NCBI GenBank assembly: GCA_031414955.1 | Contig: JANOQV010000242.1 | Location: forward strand, 1 to 64,000 | Reading direction: 5' to 3' | DNA length: 64,000 nucleotides | Origin: Pedosphaera sp. | GTDB taxonomy: Bacteria; Verrucomicrobiota; Verrucomicrobiia; Limisphaerales; SIBH01 | Part shown: piece by piece, positions 1 through 10,057 of the stretch | How the letters are laid out: each line of letters begins with the position of its first letter | Position numbering within the stretch: position 1 is the stretch's first letter | Program-made: the position numbers and the translations under genes | The notes under the pieces: generated by a model | Told to the model about the DNA's origin: nothing | The model's database searches: none | What the model saw: the letters and a program-made list of their open reading frames with translations, nothing else

Positions 1-158
1 GGGGGGCGGCGGGGCGGGGGTAATGTGGCGACGAACGCTCCGGCCAGCGCCGGGCCCCGGTGATGGACGTGACGGCGCCTCCGCCATCATCAAAAAATGA
101 ACTCGTGACAGAATCGTTTCGTCAGTTTGAAATCTGACCACGCAAAGCACTTAAGCAC

Positions 159-965
159 ATGAAACACACTGCACCGATTCTCGCGATTGGAATGACCGCC
201 GCCGTCCTGTTCGCCGCGCCCGCGCGCGCGGCGGAGGGCTACACCGACACACCCAAGCAGCCGGATGGCAAGTGGCACGTCCACGATCCGGCGCGGCCCA
301 AGCCCAGGGTCATCACGCCCGGCGCAGCCTTCAGCCATCAGGCGGCGGCGCCGTCCGATGCCATCGTGCTTTTCGACGGCAAGGATTTTTCCCGGTGGCA
401 GGGGGCGAAGGGGGAGGTGCAGTGGAAGTTGCAAGACGGCTACATGGAGACGACCAAGACCGGTGTCATCCGCACCAAGGATGAGTTCGGCGATTTCCAA
501 CTGCACATGGAGTGGGCGACGCCCGCGAAAGTAGAAGGAAAAGGGCAGGGGCGGGGCAACAACGGGGTGAACATCTACGGCCGCTACGAGATTCAAGTGC
601 TGGATTCCTACAACAATGAAACTTACGCGGACGGGCAAGCGGCCTCGATCTATGGCCAGTCGCCGCCGCTGGTGAACTCATCCAAGCCGCCGGGCGAATG
701 GCAGACCTACGACATCATTTGGGAAGGGCCGCGTTGGGATGAGAACAAGAAACTGGTTAAGAAGGCTTATGTAACGGTGCTGCACAATGGCGTGGTGGTT
801 CATCATCGGCGCGAACTGTGGGGTTTCGTCAATCACCGTGCGGTGGGCAATTACAACAACCCGCATCCGCCCAAGGGCTTCATCCAGCTTTACGAGCACG
901 GCAATCCGGTCCGCTTCCGCAACATCTGGATCCGCCCGCTCGGGGAATACGACCAGTCCGAGTAG
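159..965 (+). CDS. DUF1080 / 3-keto-disaccharide hydrolase family secreted protein
   Basis: Signal peptide (…ARA-AE); motifs APSDAIVLFDG, FGDFQLHMEW, YEIQVLDS, PGEWQTYDI, HGNPVRFRNIW. Confidence 0.9.
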   Translation: MKHTAPILAIGMTAAVLFAAPARAAEGYTDTPKQPDGKWHVHDPARPKPRVITPGAAFSHQAAAPSDAIVLFDGKDFSRWQGAKGEVQWKLQDGYMETTKTGVIRTKDEFGDFQLHMEWATPAKVEGKGQGRGNNGVNIYGRYEIQVLDSYNNETYADGQAASIYGQSPPLVNSSKPPGEWQTYDIIWEGPRWDENKKLVKKAYVTVLHNGVVVHHRRELWGFVNHRAVGNYNNPHPPKGFIQLYEHGNPVRFRNIWIRPLGEYDQSE

Positions 966-1071
966 CGGGACCGGAAGCCGAATCCTTGGCCCCTGCCCGG
1001 AGCGCGATGTCCGAGCAACTGCCACATCCTGGTCCAATTGGCAGGGTGGTGCCGTGGTCAACACCCCCCTT

Positions 1072-1132
1072 CCGGAGCCAGCCTTGAACGTAAGAACATG
1101 GTCAAGATGTGCCCGCCGGCCGCTGGCTCCGG
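1072..1132. repeat. REP-like inverted repeat
   Basis: ccggagccagc (1072-1082) pairs with gctggctccgg (1122-1132); related ccggagcgcg at 997-1006. Confidence 0.45.
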
Positions 1133-1195
1133 CCACGAAATGAATCCATTGCTTTCTCGCCTGCGTTGTCAGAAATTCAGCGTTCAATTTTTGAG

Positions 1196-2986
1196 ATGGA
1201 CTCAGCACACATTAGAAATTTCAGCATCATCGCCCACATCGACCACGGGAAGACGACGCTCTCGGATCGGCTGTTGAACCGCACCGGCACCATTGCCGAT
1301 CGCGATATGTCGGCGCAGTTGCTGGACTCGATGGATTTGGAGCGCGAGCGCGGCATCACCATCAAGGCCCACCCGGTCACGATGCTCTACAAGGCGAAGA
1401 ACGGGGAGACCTATGAGTTGAACCTGATCGACACGCCGGGACATGTGGATTTTTCCTACGAGGTGTCGCGCAGCTTGAGCGCCTGCGAGGGCGCGCTGCT
1501 TATCATCGACGCGGCGCAGGGCGTCGAAGCCCAGACCGTGGCCAACGTGCATCTGGCCATGAAGCAGAACCTGCACATCATCCCGGTGATCAACAAAATC
1601 GATCTGCCGCACGCCGACGTCGAACTGACCAAGCAGCAGTTGGAGGACATCCTTGCGATCCCGGCGGACACGGCGATTCTGGCCAGCGCCAAGGCGGGCA
1701 TCGGCATTGATGACATTCTGGAAGCCATCGTGGCGCGCATTCCCCCGCCGAAGCCTTCGGGCGAGCGATCCTTGCAGGCGCTGGCCTTTGATTCTTACTT
1801 CGACACCTATAAGGGCGTGGTCACGCATGTGCGCGTCTTCAATGGAGAATTGCGCGCGGGCCAGCATGTGAAGTTGCTGCACTCGGGCAAGAACGTGGAC
1901 ATCAAGGAGGTCGGGAGTTTCAACCCCAAGCCTTACGTGCGCGAAAAGCTGGAGGTCGGCGAGACGGGTTATTTCACGGCCAACATTAAGTCGCCCCAGG
2001 AAGTGAAGATGGGCGACACCATCACCGACGCGCGCATTCCCTCGGCGGTGCTGCCGGGCTTCAAGGAAATTCACCCGATGGTCTTCAGCGGCATTTATCC
2101 GATCAACACGGCGGATTACGAGGCGCTCAAGGGGAACATGGGCAAGCTGCAGTTGAACGACTCGGCCTTTGCCTACCAGAGCGAAAGCTCGGTCGCGCTC
2201 GGCTTCGGCTTCCGTTGCGGCTTCCTCGGCCTGCTGCATTTGGAAATCGTGCAGGAACGCCTGCGCCGCGAGTACGGCATGGACATCATTGCCACCTATC
2301 CCAGCGTGGTCTATCGCGTGACCCTGACCGACGGCACGATGAAGGAGATCGACAATCCGGCCTTCATGCCCGAGGCCAATTTCATCCTGAAGATCGAGGA
2401 GCCGATGGTGAAGGCCTTCGTCATCGCGCCGAACGAAAACATCGGCGACATCATGGCCCTCATCTCCGAGAAGCGCGGCAAGATTGATCACACCGAGACG
2501 CTGGACTCCAAGCGCGTGATGATGACCAGCCTGTTGCCGCTCAACGAAATCCTCATCGACTTCCACGACCGCATCAAAAGCATGACCCGCGGTTTCGGCT
2601 CCATGGATTACGAGTTTGCCGACCACCAGGAGTCGGACATGGTGAAGCTAGAAATGCTCGTGAACGCGGAGGCGGTTGATGCCTTCTCCTGCATCGTGCA
2701 TCGCGAAAAGGCGGAGGCCCGGGGCCGCGCCCTGGCCGCGAAGCTCAAGGAAGTGATTCCGACCCAGCAGTATCAAGTCGCCATCCAGGCGGCCATCGGC
2801 GGGAAAGTTGTCGCGCGCGAAACCGTGAGCGCCTTGCGCAAGGACGTGACCGCCAAGTGCTACGGCGGCGACATCAGCCGCAAGCGGAAGCTTTTGGAGA
2901 AGCAGAAGGAAGGCAAGAAGCGCATGAAGGCCTTCGGTACGGTGAACATTCCGCAGGAGGCGTTCATCGAGGTGTTGAAGGCGTAG
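1196..2986 (+). CDS. lepA: Elongation factor 4 (LepA)
   Basis: [39 protein letters not shown] and C-terminal [18 protein letters not shown]; start moved to ATG at 1196. Confidence 0.98.
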   Translation: MDSAHIRNFSIIAHIDHGKTTLSDRLLNRTGTIADRDMSAQLLDSMDLERERGITIKAHPVTMLYKAKNGETYELNLIDTPGHVDFSYEVSRSLSACEGALLIIDAAQGVEAQTVANVHLAMKQNLHIIPVINKIDLPHADVELTKQQLEDILAIPADTAILASAKAGIGIDDILEAIVARIPPPKPSGERSLQALAFDSYFDTYKGVVTHVRVFNGELRAGQHVKLLHSGKNVDIKEVGSFNPKPYVREKLEVGETGYFTANIKSPQEVKMGDTITDARIPSAVLPGFKEIHPMVFSGIYPINTADYEALKGNMGKLQLNDSAFAYQSESSVALGFGFRCGFLGLLHLEIVQERLRREYGMDIIATYPSVVYRVTLTDGTMKEIDNPAFMPEANFILKIEEPMVKAFVIAPNENIGDIMALISEKRGKIDHTETLDSKRVMMTSLLPLNEILIDFHDRIKSMTRGFGSMDYEFADHQESDMVKLEMLVNAEAVDAFSCIVHREKAEARGRALAAKLKEVIPTQQYQVAIQAAIGGKVVARETVSALRKDVTAKCYGGDISRKRKLLEKQKEGKKRMKAFGTVNIPQEAFIEVLKA

Positions 2987-2988
2987 GG
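2926..2988 (+). repeat. Direct repeat copy 1 (lepA 3' end, att-like)
   Basis: 63 nt, matching 3580-3642 at 59 of 63 positions. Confidence 0.95.
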
Positions 2989-3028
2989 CGCGAAGATTTG
3001 CCGCCTGTCTCTGAGTTGCTCTCTCCGT

Positions 3029-3349
3029 TTATTTTGGATTGGCCAGGCCGAGCCATCGCAGCAGAGCGTCCTCGACACTCTGAAGCTGTGCGGGTGTGAG
3101 CACGCCCAGGCGGCGCATGAAATACTTGGGAGGGAAAGCCTGAAGACCCTGCACCAGGAACGCACCATCGCCGAGAAACCGTGCGCCCACGGCGACCTCG
3201 AACTGCGAGCCACGCGTGGCTGTGGTGTGCGGAATGACGCCGATGAGCGCACGGTCGGCATCCGCGTAGTTCACGCTGATGATGAGCGCGGGGCGAACCT
3301 TGGCCACCGCGCCGAAATCCACCTGCCAGACCTCGCCGCGCTCAGGCAC
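3029..3349 (-). CDS. mazF: Type II toxin, PemK/MazF family
   Basis: PERGEVWQVDFG…KVRPALIIS…VIPHTT; probable GTG start at 3349 overlapping the antitoxin 3' end. Confidence 0.88.
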   Translation of the reverse strand: MPERGEVWQVDFGAVAKVRPALIISVNYADADRALIGVIPHTTATRGSQFEVAVGARFLGDGAFLVQGLQAFPPKYFMRRLGVLTPAQLQSVEDALLRWLGLANPK

Positions 3350-3527
3350 GCTTGGACTCCTCCTCATCCAAGGCGCGGAAAGAGGCCGCCCCCAAGGTGG
3401 CGAAATCGTCGTCGGTCAGATCTTCGGACATCGGGACGTGCTCGACGATATGGCGCCGCAGTTCGACGCGCTCGGAAGGAGAGAGGTGCTCGACCTCGTC
3501 AATGATGTGGGCCACGGCGGCTGTCAT
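3342..3527 (-). CDS. Putative antitoxin (61 aa, acidic)
   Basis: Small acidic ORF directly upstream of and overlapping the MazF-like toxin; LSPSERVEL resembles addiction-module antitoxins. Confidence 0.75.
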   Translation of the reverse strand: MTAAVAHIIDEVEHLSPSERVELRRHIVEHVPMSEDLTDDDFATLGAASFRALDEEESKRA

Positions 3528-3561
3528 GCGGGAACCGTAGCAAAAGGCGGGTGCTCGGCAA
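3528..3561 (-). promoter_or_regulatory. Sigma70-like leaderless promoter of the TA pair
   Basis: Minus strand TTGCCG-N16-TACGGT-N6-ATG. Confidence 0.6.
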
Positions 3562-3579
3562 GCGTGTCTTCCACCGTGG

Positions 3580-3642
3580 GAAGGCTTTCGGCACGGTGAA
3601 CCTCCCGCAGGAGGCGTTCATCGAGGTGTTGAAGGCGTAGGG
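3580..3642 (+). repeat. Direct repeat copy 2 (orphan lepA 3' end)
   Basis: Reads [19 protein letters not shown] versus [19 protein letters not shown] in lepA. Confidence 0.95.
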
Positions 3643-3697
3643 ATCTGCACCTCGGCAGTAGAAAAGACATGACTACAGACGCGGAGAGTTCCGCGCG

Positions 3698-4063
3698 TCA
3701 GGGTTTTGTCTGACGGTTGAAAAAGATCATGACCCCGGCGGTGATGCAGGCGCTGGCCAACGTCACCAGCCAAGCCATGTCCCAGTGGTCGCGCGAATTG
3801 ATCACCTGCGAGATGAGACCTCTAAAGGAATAGCTCGACTTGTAGGGCAGCAACGCCACGGCTCCAATGAACACTCCGGCGTTGATCAAAAGGAAGGCGA
3901 TGACCTTGCGGTTGAGCAGCAACCGGACGACCCCGGCCAGGATCCCGGCGATGTATCCCAAAGCTTCTGTAGCGGTTTTTTCCAGCCTGTCGTCGTCGGT
4001 GGCGTGGGAGGCGAATGGGGTCTCCGGGTTTGAGTGACTGGGCGCTTGGTTTCCGGTCTTCAT
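3698..4063 (-). CDS. Hypothetical small membrane protein
   Basis: 121 aa with about three hydrophobic segments; TTGGCA -35-like box upstream. Confidence 0.6.
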   Translation of the reverse strand: MKTGNQAPSHSNPETPFASHATDDDRLEKTATEALGYIAGILAGVVRLLLNRKVIAFLLINAGVFIGAVALLPYKSSYSFRGLISQVINSRDHWDMAWLVTLASACITAGVMIFFNRQTKP

Positions 4064-4115
4064 GGCGGTATTGAACCTTCCGCCCCTGCGTCTGCCAATG
4101 GGAAAAGGCGCGCAG

Positions 4116-4215
4116 GGTAGTGCGCGCTTTGCTCAGCGCTCCGGGGCGAGGCTCAAGCGAGTTCCCACGACTCGCTCCGATTCCGGGCGGCTCGGTGAGG
4201 ACACCGCGCCCTACC
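4116..4215. repeat. GTAG-type REP doublet (degenerate)
   Basis: ggtagtgcgcg (4116-4126) … ggtgaggacaccgcgccctacc (ends 4215), inverted ends. Confidence 0.6.
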
Positions 4216-4364
4216 GGCAGAAGTTGTTTGTCGAGGCTTTGAGGGCGTCAGGGTATGGATATTATCGGTGATCAGGCGCGCTGGATTTTACACTGCTGTT
4301 CACTTTGTGGATGCGCTCCGTCCTTGCATTCACCCCGGCCAACCCGAATCTTGCGCCCTCAAAT

Positions 4365-5597
4365 ATGCTGTTCCTGAAATGGTTCACGTCCGGATCTGTC
4401 CGCCACGCCTGGCAGGCGGCCAGACACGTCGAGAAAATCCTTCAGCACCAGCGCGATATCCTGACTCCCGAAGCCGTCACCCTGGTCCAGGCCGACATTA
4501 ATGACTTGTCCACGCTCTGCCGCGAAGGCGACAAGAAGGCCATAACCGAATCACTGGTCCGGCTGGAGAAGACCGCGAACAAGTGGCTCAAGCCGTATCC
4601 GAACTCCGCCTGGCGCGAGAACATCGAGGTGGCGCTCGTGGCCATCGCGGTCGCCATGGCCATCCGCACCTTTGTCCTCCAGCCCTTTAAGATTCCCACC
4701 GGCTCGATGCAGCCGACGTTGTATGGCGTGACCTACGAGGATTTGCGCGGGCAGCCGGACGTGAAAATCCCCGGCCAGCCCCGGCGCTTGCTGGAGTACT
4801 GGTTCAGCGGGGTGCAATACTTTCAAGTCGTGGCTCATGCGGACGGCCAGGTGGATTACGGCGAACCTTCCAAACTGGTGCTCTTCAACGCCCGGCAGGC
4901 CTTCACGATCAACGGTCAGAGCCGTTCCATCCTGTTTCCACCGGATGATTTGTTCCGGCGCAGCGGGGTTTTTCCGGGCACGCCGGTGAAAAAGGGGGAT
5001 GAGCTGATCAAGATGCGCGTGGTCAGCGGCGATCATTTGTTTGTGGATCGGGTCAGTTTCAATTTCCGGCGTCCGGCGCGCGGCGACATCGTGGTCTTTG
5101 AAACCCACGGCATCACGCGCCTGGATAAGAGCCAGCAGGACACCTATTACATCAAACGGCTCTGCGGGCTGGGCGGTGAAACGCTCGAACTGAAACCGCG
5201 CTACGAAATTCTTGGTCCTCCGCGCATGGACGTGTCCCAGGCAGGGCGTCTGCTGGTCAACGGCCGTGAGATCACCGTCAACACCCCGAAGTTCGAGCAC
5301 CTCTACTCATTCGCGGATGCGCCCTCCGGGACGACCAAGACCTTGCCCTATCGGGACAATCATTACTTCGGTCATGCCTTGATCGATGGCCTGGCGGCGG
5401 GGCGCAAATTCCAGGTGCCCGCGAACCACTACTTTGTCATGGGCGACAACACGTTCAACAGCTCGGATTCACGCGTCTGGGGAGATTTCGACCAGACGAA
5501 AGTCATCGGCAAATCGTGCTTCGTGTACTGGCCAATTGGCGGCACAACCTACAAAGGCGAGGATCGCGTGAGCCGTTTCGGCTGGTCGCACCGGTGA
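4365..5597 (+). CDS. lepB: Signal peptidase I
   Basis: TM helix followed by QPFKIPTGSM (Ser), YYIKRL (Lys), MGDNTFNSSDSR; downstream of lepA; start moved to ATG 4365. Confidence 0.95.
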   Translation: MLFLKWFTSGSVRHAWQAARHVEKILQHQRDILTPEAVTLVQADINDLSTLCREGDKKAITESLVRLEKTANKWLKPYPNSAWRENIEVALVAIAVAMAIRTFVLQPFKIPTGSMQPTLYGVTYEDLRGQPDVKIPGQPRRLLEYWFSGVQYFQVVAHADGQVDYGEPSKLVLFNARQAFTINGQSRSILFPPDDLFRRSGVFPGTPVKKGDELIKMRVVSGDHLFVDRVSFNFRRPARGDIVVFETHGITRLDKSQQDTYYIKRLCGLGGETLELKPRYEILGPPRMDVSQAGRLLVNGREITVNTPKFEHLYSFADAPSGTTKTLPYRDNHYFGHALIDGLAAGRKFQVPANHYFVMGDNTFNSSDSRVWGDFDQTKVIGKSCFVYWPIGGTTYKGEDRVSRFGWSHR

Positions 5598-5653
5598 GGG
5601 TGACTTGAGGCTTCTGCCGTGCCGAGGTGCCGCTGCAGTTGAGGTTCCGGCGG

Positions 5654-7297
5654 CTACTCCGCCGCCGTTTCTTCCTTGGCCGAGGGCGGACCGGTCCGGA
5701 TGAGCCGGAGCGTGTTCACGTCGAAGAAACCCGTTCCCTCCGGCCCGCGATATTCGCAGATCAACTCCACGTCGGTGAGACCGCGCACGTTGAATTCGTA
5801 GCTTAACTCCTTCCATTCCGCCGGGGTGGCAATGCCTTTGGTGGAACGCTCGCCGGAAACGCGCAAGAGCACGCCGTTCGTGCCCGCCGCGCCGGGCGGG
5901 AGGTTTTCCACGCGCGCCCGGCCGGTGAGTTCATAACGCCCGTCGCCCAGCAGCACCGTGCTGCGCCAGGCTCCGCTGCTCTCCGGGCCGCGGCCGGTCA
6001 CCTGCAGAAGCTGGCGGTTGTTCGTGACGCTCCGCCCGGAAGTCGCCGCGCGAGTGCCCGCCTTGAAAGACCACGGACCGATCCGCACGCTCTGGTCGGC
6101 CGTGAGCGGGGCGGGTTGCTTGGGGTTTCTGATCTGCTGCGCCACGCTGGCGGCGCGGGTGGTGATGCGGGATTTGAGACTCAGCACCGCGTCATCGAAC
6201 TCCCCGCGCAACTCGCGCCCATTGCTCAAGCTGGCCAGCGCCGGACGCAACCGCGCCGCCAGCTTGTCCACGCGCGCGTGCAAGGCCGCGCCGCGCAACT
6301 CGTTGGTGGCCAACTCCCCGATGCGCGCGAGATAGCGTGCCCGCGCCTCCGGCACGGAGAACAATTGCTTCGCCACCAGACCCTTGAACACCGGCGTGAG
6401 GCTGAGCGTGGGTGAACTCGACACGCCGAAAAGCTGATCCAATCCGTGCGGGATGAACATCAGTTTGTCCCGCGACACGTCGTGAAACACGCGGTAGTTG
6501 TTGCAGCCGAGGGCGTAGCCGTCCCAGTGGACGATGGCCGCCTCGGTCGCGGCGAAGGTGATGAACTCCTCCACATCGAGCACCTTGGTCAGCGCCACGA
6601 GCCGTTCGCCGGGATTCTTGAGGCGCGCGGCCTGCACCAGGTTGGTCAGGTCGGAGCGGTTCTCGGGGTGTTCGCCCGAATCTGTCTCCAGAGCCTTGGT
6701 CACGTCGCCGCCGGAGCCGCCGTCGTAGAGATTGCCTTTGGCGGAATCAAAGTGGCGCTTCACGAAGAGCTTGTTCGCCCCTTCGATGAGCACCGAGACG
6801 CCTTGCTCGCGCCCATTGATCTTCACCAGGGCAGGAGTGGCGCGCGGACTGGGCACGCCCACGGATTGGAACAACTCGCGCGCGAATGATTCGCTGAGGT
6901 AGCTCGGATCCTGCACCGAGTTGTTCAGATGAATCTTCGACAGACCGTGGAAGCGCTGGCCGGGGGCGAACTTCTCGAAATTCAAAGTCAACGACGGCTT
7001 CCCATCAATGGGCTGAAACGAGTATGAGCCTTTCAGATGCACCGCCACGTTGGTGTAAACCTTCCCGCCCTCGCGCACTGTGGCCTGCACGTCGATGCGT
7101 TCGGGCCGTTTCTCGCGCCAGACCTGTTGGTAGTCGCGCAGCACCTTCATGCCCTCGGCGGGAATCTCGATTTGCAGTTGCGGCACCGGGCCGGTGAACA
7201 GTTCGTCGCTGGACGGAACGTCTATCGCGAAAACACCCACCGCTCCGGCCAGCAGGCTGGCCAGCCAAGGCGTTCGAAGGTTGAAGCACAATTTCAT
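5654..7297 (-). CDS. CotH kinase family secreted protein with C-terminal beta-sandwich domain
   Basis: Signal peptide; VHLKGSYS, KIHLNNSVQDPSYLSE, HWDGY…NNYRVF, FIPHGLDQLFG. Confidence 0.85.
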   Translation of the reverse strand: MKLCFNLRTPWLASLLAGAVGVFAIDVPSSDELFTGPVPQLQIEIPAEGMKVLRDYQQVWREKRPERIDVQATVREGGKVYTNVAVHLKGSYSFQPIDGKPSLTLNFEKFAPGQRFHGLSKIHLNNSVQDPSYLSESFARELFQSVGVPSPRATPALVKINGREQGVSVLIEGANKLFVKRHFDSAKGNLYDGGSGGDVTKALETDSGEHPENRSDLTNLVQAARLKNPGERLVALTKVLDVEEFITFAATEAAIVHWDGYALGCNNYRVFHDVSRDKLMFIPHGLDQLFGVSSSPTLSLTPVFKGLVAKQLFSVPEARARYLARIGELATNELRGAALHARVDKLAARLRPALASLSNGRELRGEFDDAVLSLKSRITTRAASVAQQIRNPKQPAPLTADQSVRIGPWSFKAGTRAATSGRSVTNNRQLLQVTGRGPESSGAWRSTVLLGDGRYELTGRARVENLPPGAAGTNGVLLRVSGERSTKGIATPAEWKELSYEFNVRGLTDVELICEYRGPEGTGFFDVNTLRLIRTGPPSAKEETAAE

Positions 7298-7408
7298 GTC
7301 AGGGTCGTTGGCGCACAGGTTGACGGTCCATCAGACCGGAGTCCTCAGATTTTGCTCCCGGAAGGGCACTTTTTACAAGGATGGGCAGGACGGAGGCCTC
7401 GGGCACCC

Positions 7409-7515
7409 GAGCGCCTCCTTTCCAGCCCGCAGCAACGTGGAATGGAGAGCGGTGCCCACAAGTTCCTGCGCCTTCGGCTCGCGAACACCGCTGCGGGTTG
7501 GAAAGCCCACGCTCC
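7409..7515. repeat. REP-like inverted doublet (ggagcgcggg-tttccaacccgc family)
   Basis: ctttccagcccgcagc pairs with gctgcgggttggaaag; similar elements at 22229-22340 and 29041-29129. Confidence 0.6.
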
Positions 7516-7599
7516 CATGAGCTGATTCTCGCGTCCTGACAAACCTTGTAACACCTCCGCAAAAACGCTTCTGAGGTGGTTGAAGAAGGAATAGAAGTT

Positions 7600-10056
7600 A
7601 TGAAGACCATCGTGATTGACGCGGCCCATTGTCCAAGTTGCGGGAAGCCGATGCCGGCGGGGGCGCTGGCCGGCCTGTGCCCCGCCTGCCTGCTCGCGCA
7701 GGGCACGGCTTCGGAGTCCGGCGACGGCGCGCGTGGCGGACGTTTCGTGCCGCCGCCGTTGGAGGAAATCGCCAAGCTGTTTCCGCAGCTCGAAGTGCAG
7801 TCGCTGCTCGGCGCGGGCGGCATGGGCGCGGTCTATAAGGCGCGGCAGCCCGCGCTCGACCGCATCGTGGCGCTGAAGATTCTGCCGGGGAAGGGCGCGA
7901 GCGGGGCGAACTTCGAGGAACGGTTTAATCGCGAGGCGCGCGCACTGGCGCGGCTGAATCATCCGAACATCGTTGCGGTGTACGAATTCGGCCACACCCC
8001 GCCCCAGACCCCAGACGCCATCCCCCATCCCCTTCCCAGCCTCCACTTCTTCATCATGGAGTTTGTGGACGGCGCGAACTTGCGGCAGCTCGAAAAGGCC
8101 GGACGTCTCGCCCCGCGCGAGGCGCTGCAAATCATCCCGCAGATTTGCGACGCACTCCAATACGCCCACGACGAAGGCGTGGTGCATCGCGACATCAAGC
8201 CCGAGAACGTGCTCGTGGACCGCAAGGGCCGGGTGAAAATCGCCGACTTTGGCCTGGCGAAGATTCTCGGCTCGGACGCGGAGTCGCTCCGCCTCACCGC
8301 CGAAGGTCAGGTCATGGGCACGCCGCATTACATGGCCCCGGAGCAGATCGAGAAACCGCTCTCCGTCGATCACCGCGCGGACATCTATTCGCTCGGCGTC
8401 GTACTCTACGAAATGCTCACGGGCGACTTGCCGCTCGGCAAATTCGCCCCGCCCTCGCGCAAGTATCAGCTCGACGTGCGCCTCGACGACGTGGTGCTGC
8501 GCGCGCTGGAGAACGATCCCGCCCGCCGCTACCAGCACGCGAGCGAAGTGAAGACGCAGGTGGAGAATATCGCCGGGACTTTAGCTCCGGTGGCACCGCG
8601 CGCTGAATCTCAACGCCAGGAAGAAAGTTCGCGCCCTGTTCCCACGACGGCGACGCGACCGAGATCGCTGGTCGTGGTCGCGGCCTTCTTCATGGTGGCG
8701 GGCGGTCTGGCAGCGTGGGATGTGGGGGGCGGCACCTTTCGCACACAAAACATTAACCTCAACTTCGGCGTGCTCGCCCTGCCCGTCGGCATTGGCCTGC
8801 TGCGGTTGCGCCCGAAGTGGCGGGCCACCGCGCTCTTGATGCTGTGGCTGCCGCTCGTGCTGGCGGCCTTCGCGGGTGTCATGGCGTTTTCTGGAAATTT
8901 ACACCTCTCGTCCTTCACCAAGGTGGAATTCTTCGGTCAGACGTTGACCGGCCCCGCCGGTCTGCTGGGCGCGATGGCCGCCGGTGTCGTTTGGTTCGCG
9001 TTGTTCGTGTGGACGAATCATGTGCTGCTCCGGGCCGACGTGGTCGTGCTCTTTCAACGGAAGGGCTGGGTGCGCCCTTGGATTGAGTGGGCCGCTTTGG
9101 CGGGTGCCATTCTTTTGGCTTACGCGGTGTCGCCGCGAAATGGAACGCCCGCCGCTGCGGTAATTGGAACGCCCAACTCTTCGCCCGCAGTTTCCAACGC
9201 CGCCGCATTCGCCCCGACCAAAACCATCGTGCTGACGAGAGCCACCAACCAGTCGGACTATTCCGGCGCGCGCGAGTTGCTGGAACAAAAACCCGAGTTG
9301 CGTTTCCTGGCCTGGCAGGACGAATGGAAGACGAACAACTTCCGCGCCGCCCGGCACGCCGACGGCACGGCGGTCACGAACGAAACTCAAGTGCGCCTCG
9401 TGCGCGCCTTCTCACCGACGTCGCTGAATGTGGATGCCACGCTGGCGGGGCAGCGGCATCCGCGTTTCCTGCATGTGTGGTTCTCGCACCCCTTATTCAA
9501 CCGGCACGGTCTTGCCCAAGTCGCGATGCTCGATGAATCCGGTCAGGAGCTTCCGTTGGCGGGAGGCGGTGCCATATCTAATAACGCGCGTGCTCAAGAC
9601 GGCAGTCCGGGCAGCGTGGGCTGGCTGATCGCGACGTTCAGCCCTGGCGACAGAGACCGCCTTCCCAACCGAGTGACGCTGCGACTGCGTTACACCGTCG
9701 GCCCGTTGGAAAGAGTCCAGACCCTGGCTGCGGATTATCGCGGCGGCATGTCGCTGGAGGGGAACAGCCAGTTCAACGGTCTGGGCCAGGACGCGGAGGG
9801 CAATACTTTCCTCGCCATCGCCGTGGACACGGACAAAACCCGCGAGCGTCAGATCGGCGTGGTGGCGGTGCTGCGCAATGGGATCGAGCGGGACTGCCGT
9901 GGCATTTTAACTATGGGCAATGATGGTTCAGGCACACGGGCCGAACGGTTTGAATTCGATGAGTCGCTGGCCGGGATCGCTTCCTTCCGCATCGGCAGCC
10001 GGCTGGTGCGAAGCCTGACCTGGGAGAACGTGGTGCTGTTGAACGCTGCGCCCTGA
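7600..10056 (+). CDS. Membrane Hanks-type Ser/Thr protein kinase with N-terminal CxxC…CxxC zinc ribbon
   Basis: CPSC…CPAC, LGAGGMGAVY, VALK, HRDIKPEN, DFG, GTPHYMAPE; several TM helices, then an extracytoplasmic domain; ATG at 7600. Confidence 0.93.
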   Translation: MKTIVIDAAHCPSCGKPMPAGALAGLCPACLLAQGTASESGDGARGGRFVPPPLEEIAKLFPQLEVQSLLGAGGMGAVYKARQPALDRIVALKILPGKGASGANFEERFNREARALARLNHPNIVAVYEFGHTPPQTPDAIPHPLPSLHFFIMEFVDGANLRQLEKAGRLAPREALQIIPQICDALQYAHDEGVVHRDIKPENVLVDRKGRVKIADFGLAKILGSDAESLRLTAEGQVMGTPHYMAPEQIEKPLSVDHRADIYSLGVVLYEMLTGDLPLGKFAPPSRKYQLDVRLDDVVLRALENDPARRYQHASEVKTQVENIAGTLAPVAPRAESQRQEESSRPVPTTATRPRSLVVVAAFFMVAGGLAAWDVGGGTFRTQNINLNFGVLALPVGIGLLRLRPKWRATALLMLWLPLVLAAFAGVMAFSGNLHLSSFTKVEFFGQTLTGPAGLLGAMAAGVVWFALFVWTNHVLLRADVVVLFQRKGWVRPWIEWAALAGAILLAYAVSPRNGTPAAAVIGTPNSSPAVSNAAAFAPTKTIVLTRATNQSDYSGARELLEQKPELRFLAWQDEWKTNNFRAARHADGTAVTNETQVRLVRAFSPTSLNVDATLAGQRHPRFLHVWFSHPLFNRHGLAQVAMLDESGQELPLAGGGAISNNARAQDGSPGSVGWLIATFSPGDRDRLPNRVTLRLRYTVGPLERVQTLAADYRGGMSLEGNSQFNGLGQDAEGNTFLAIAVDTDKTRERQIGVVAVLRNGIERDCRGILTMGNDGSGTRAERFEFDESLAGIASFRIGSRLVRSLTWENVVLLNAAP

Positions 10057-10057
10057 C

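Noticed and set aside
2926..3642. CRISPR array or prophage interpretation of the repeat
   Set aside because: Only two copies, of coding origin and 654 bp apart; no cas, integrase or phage genes.
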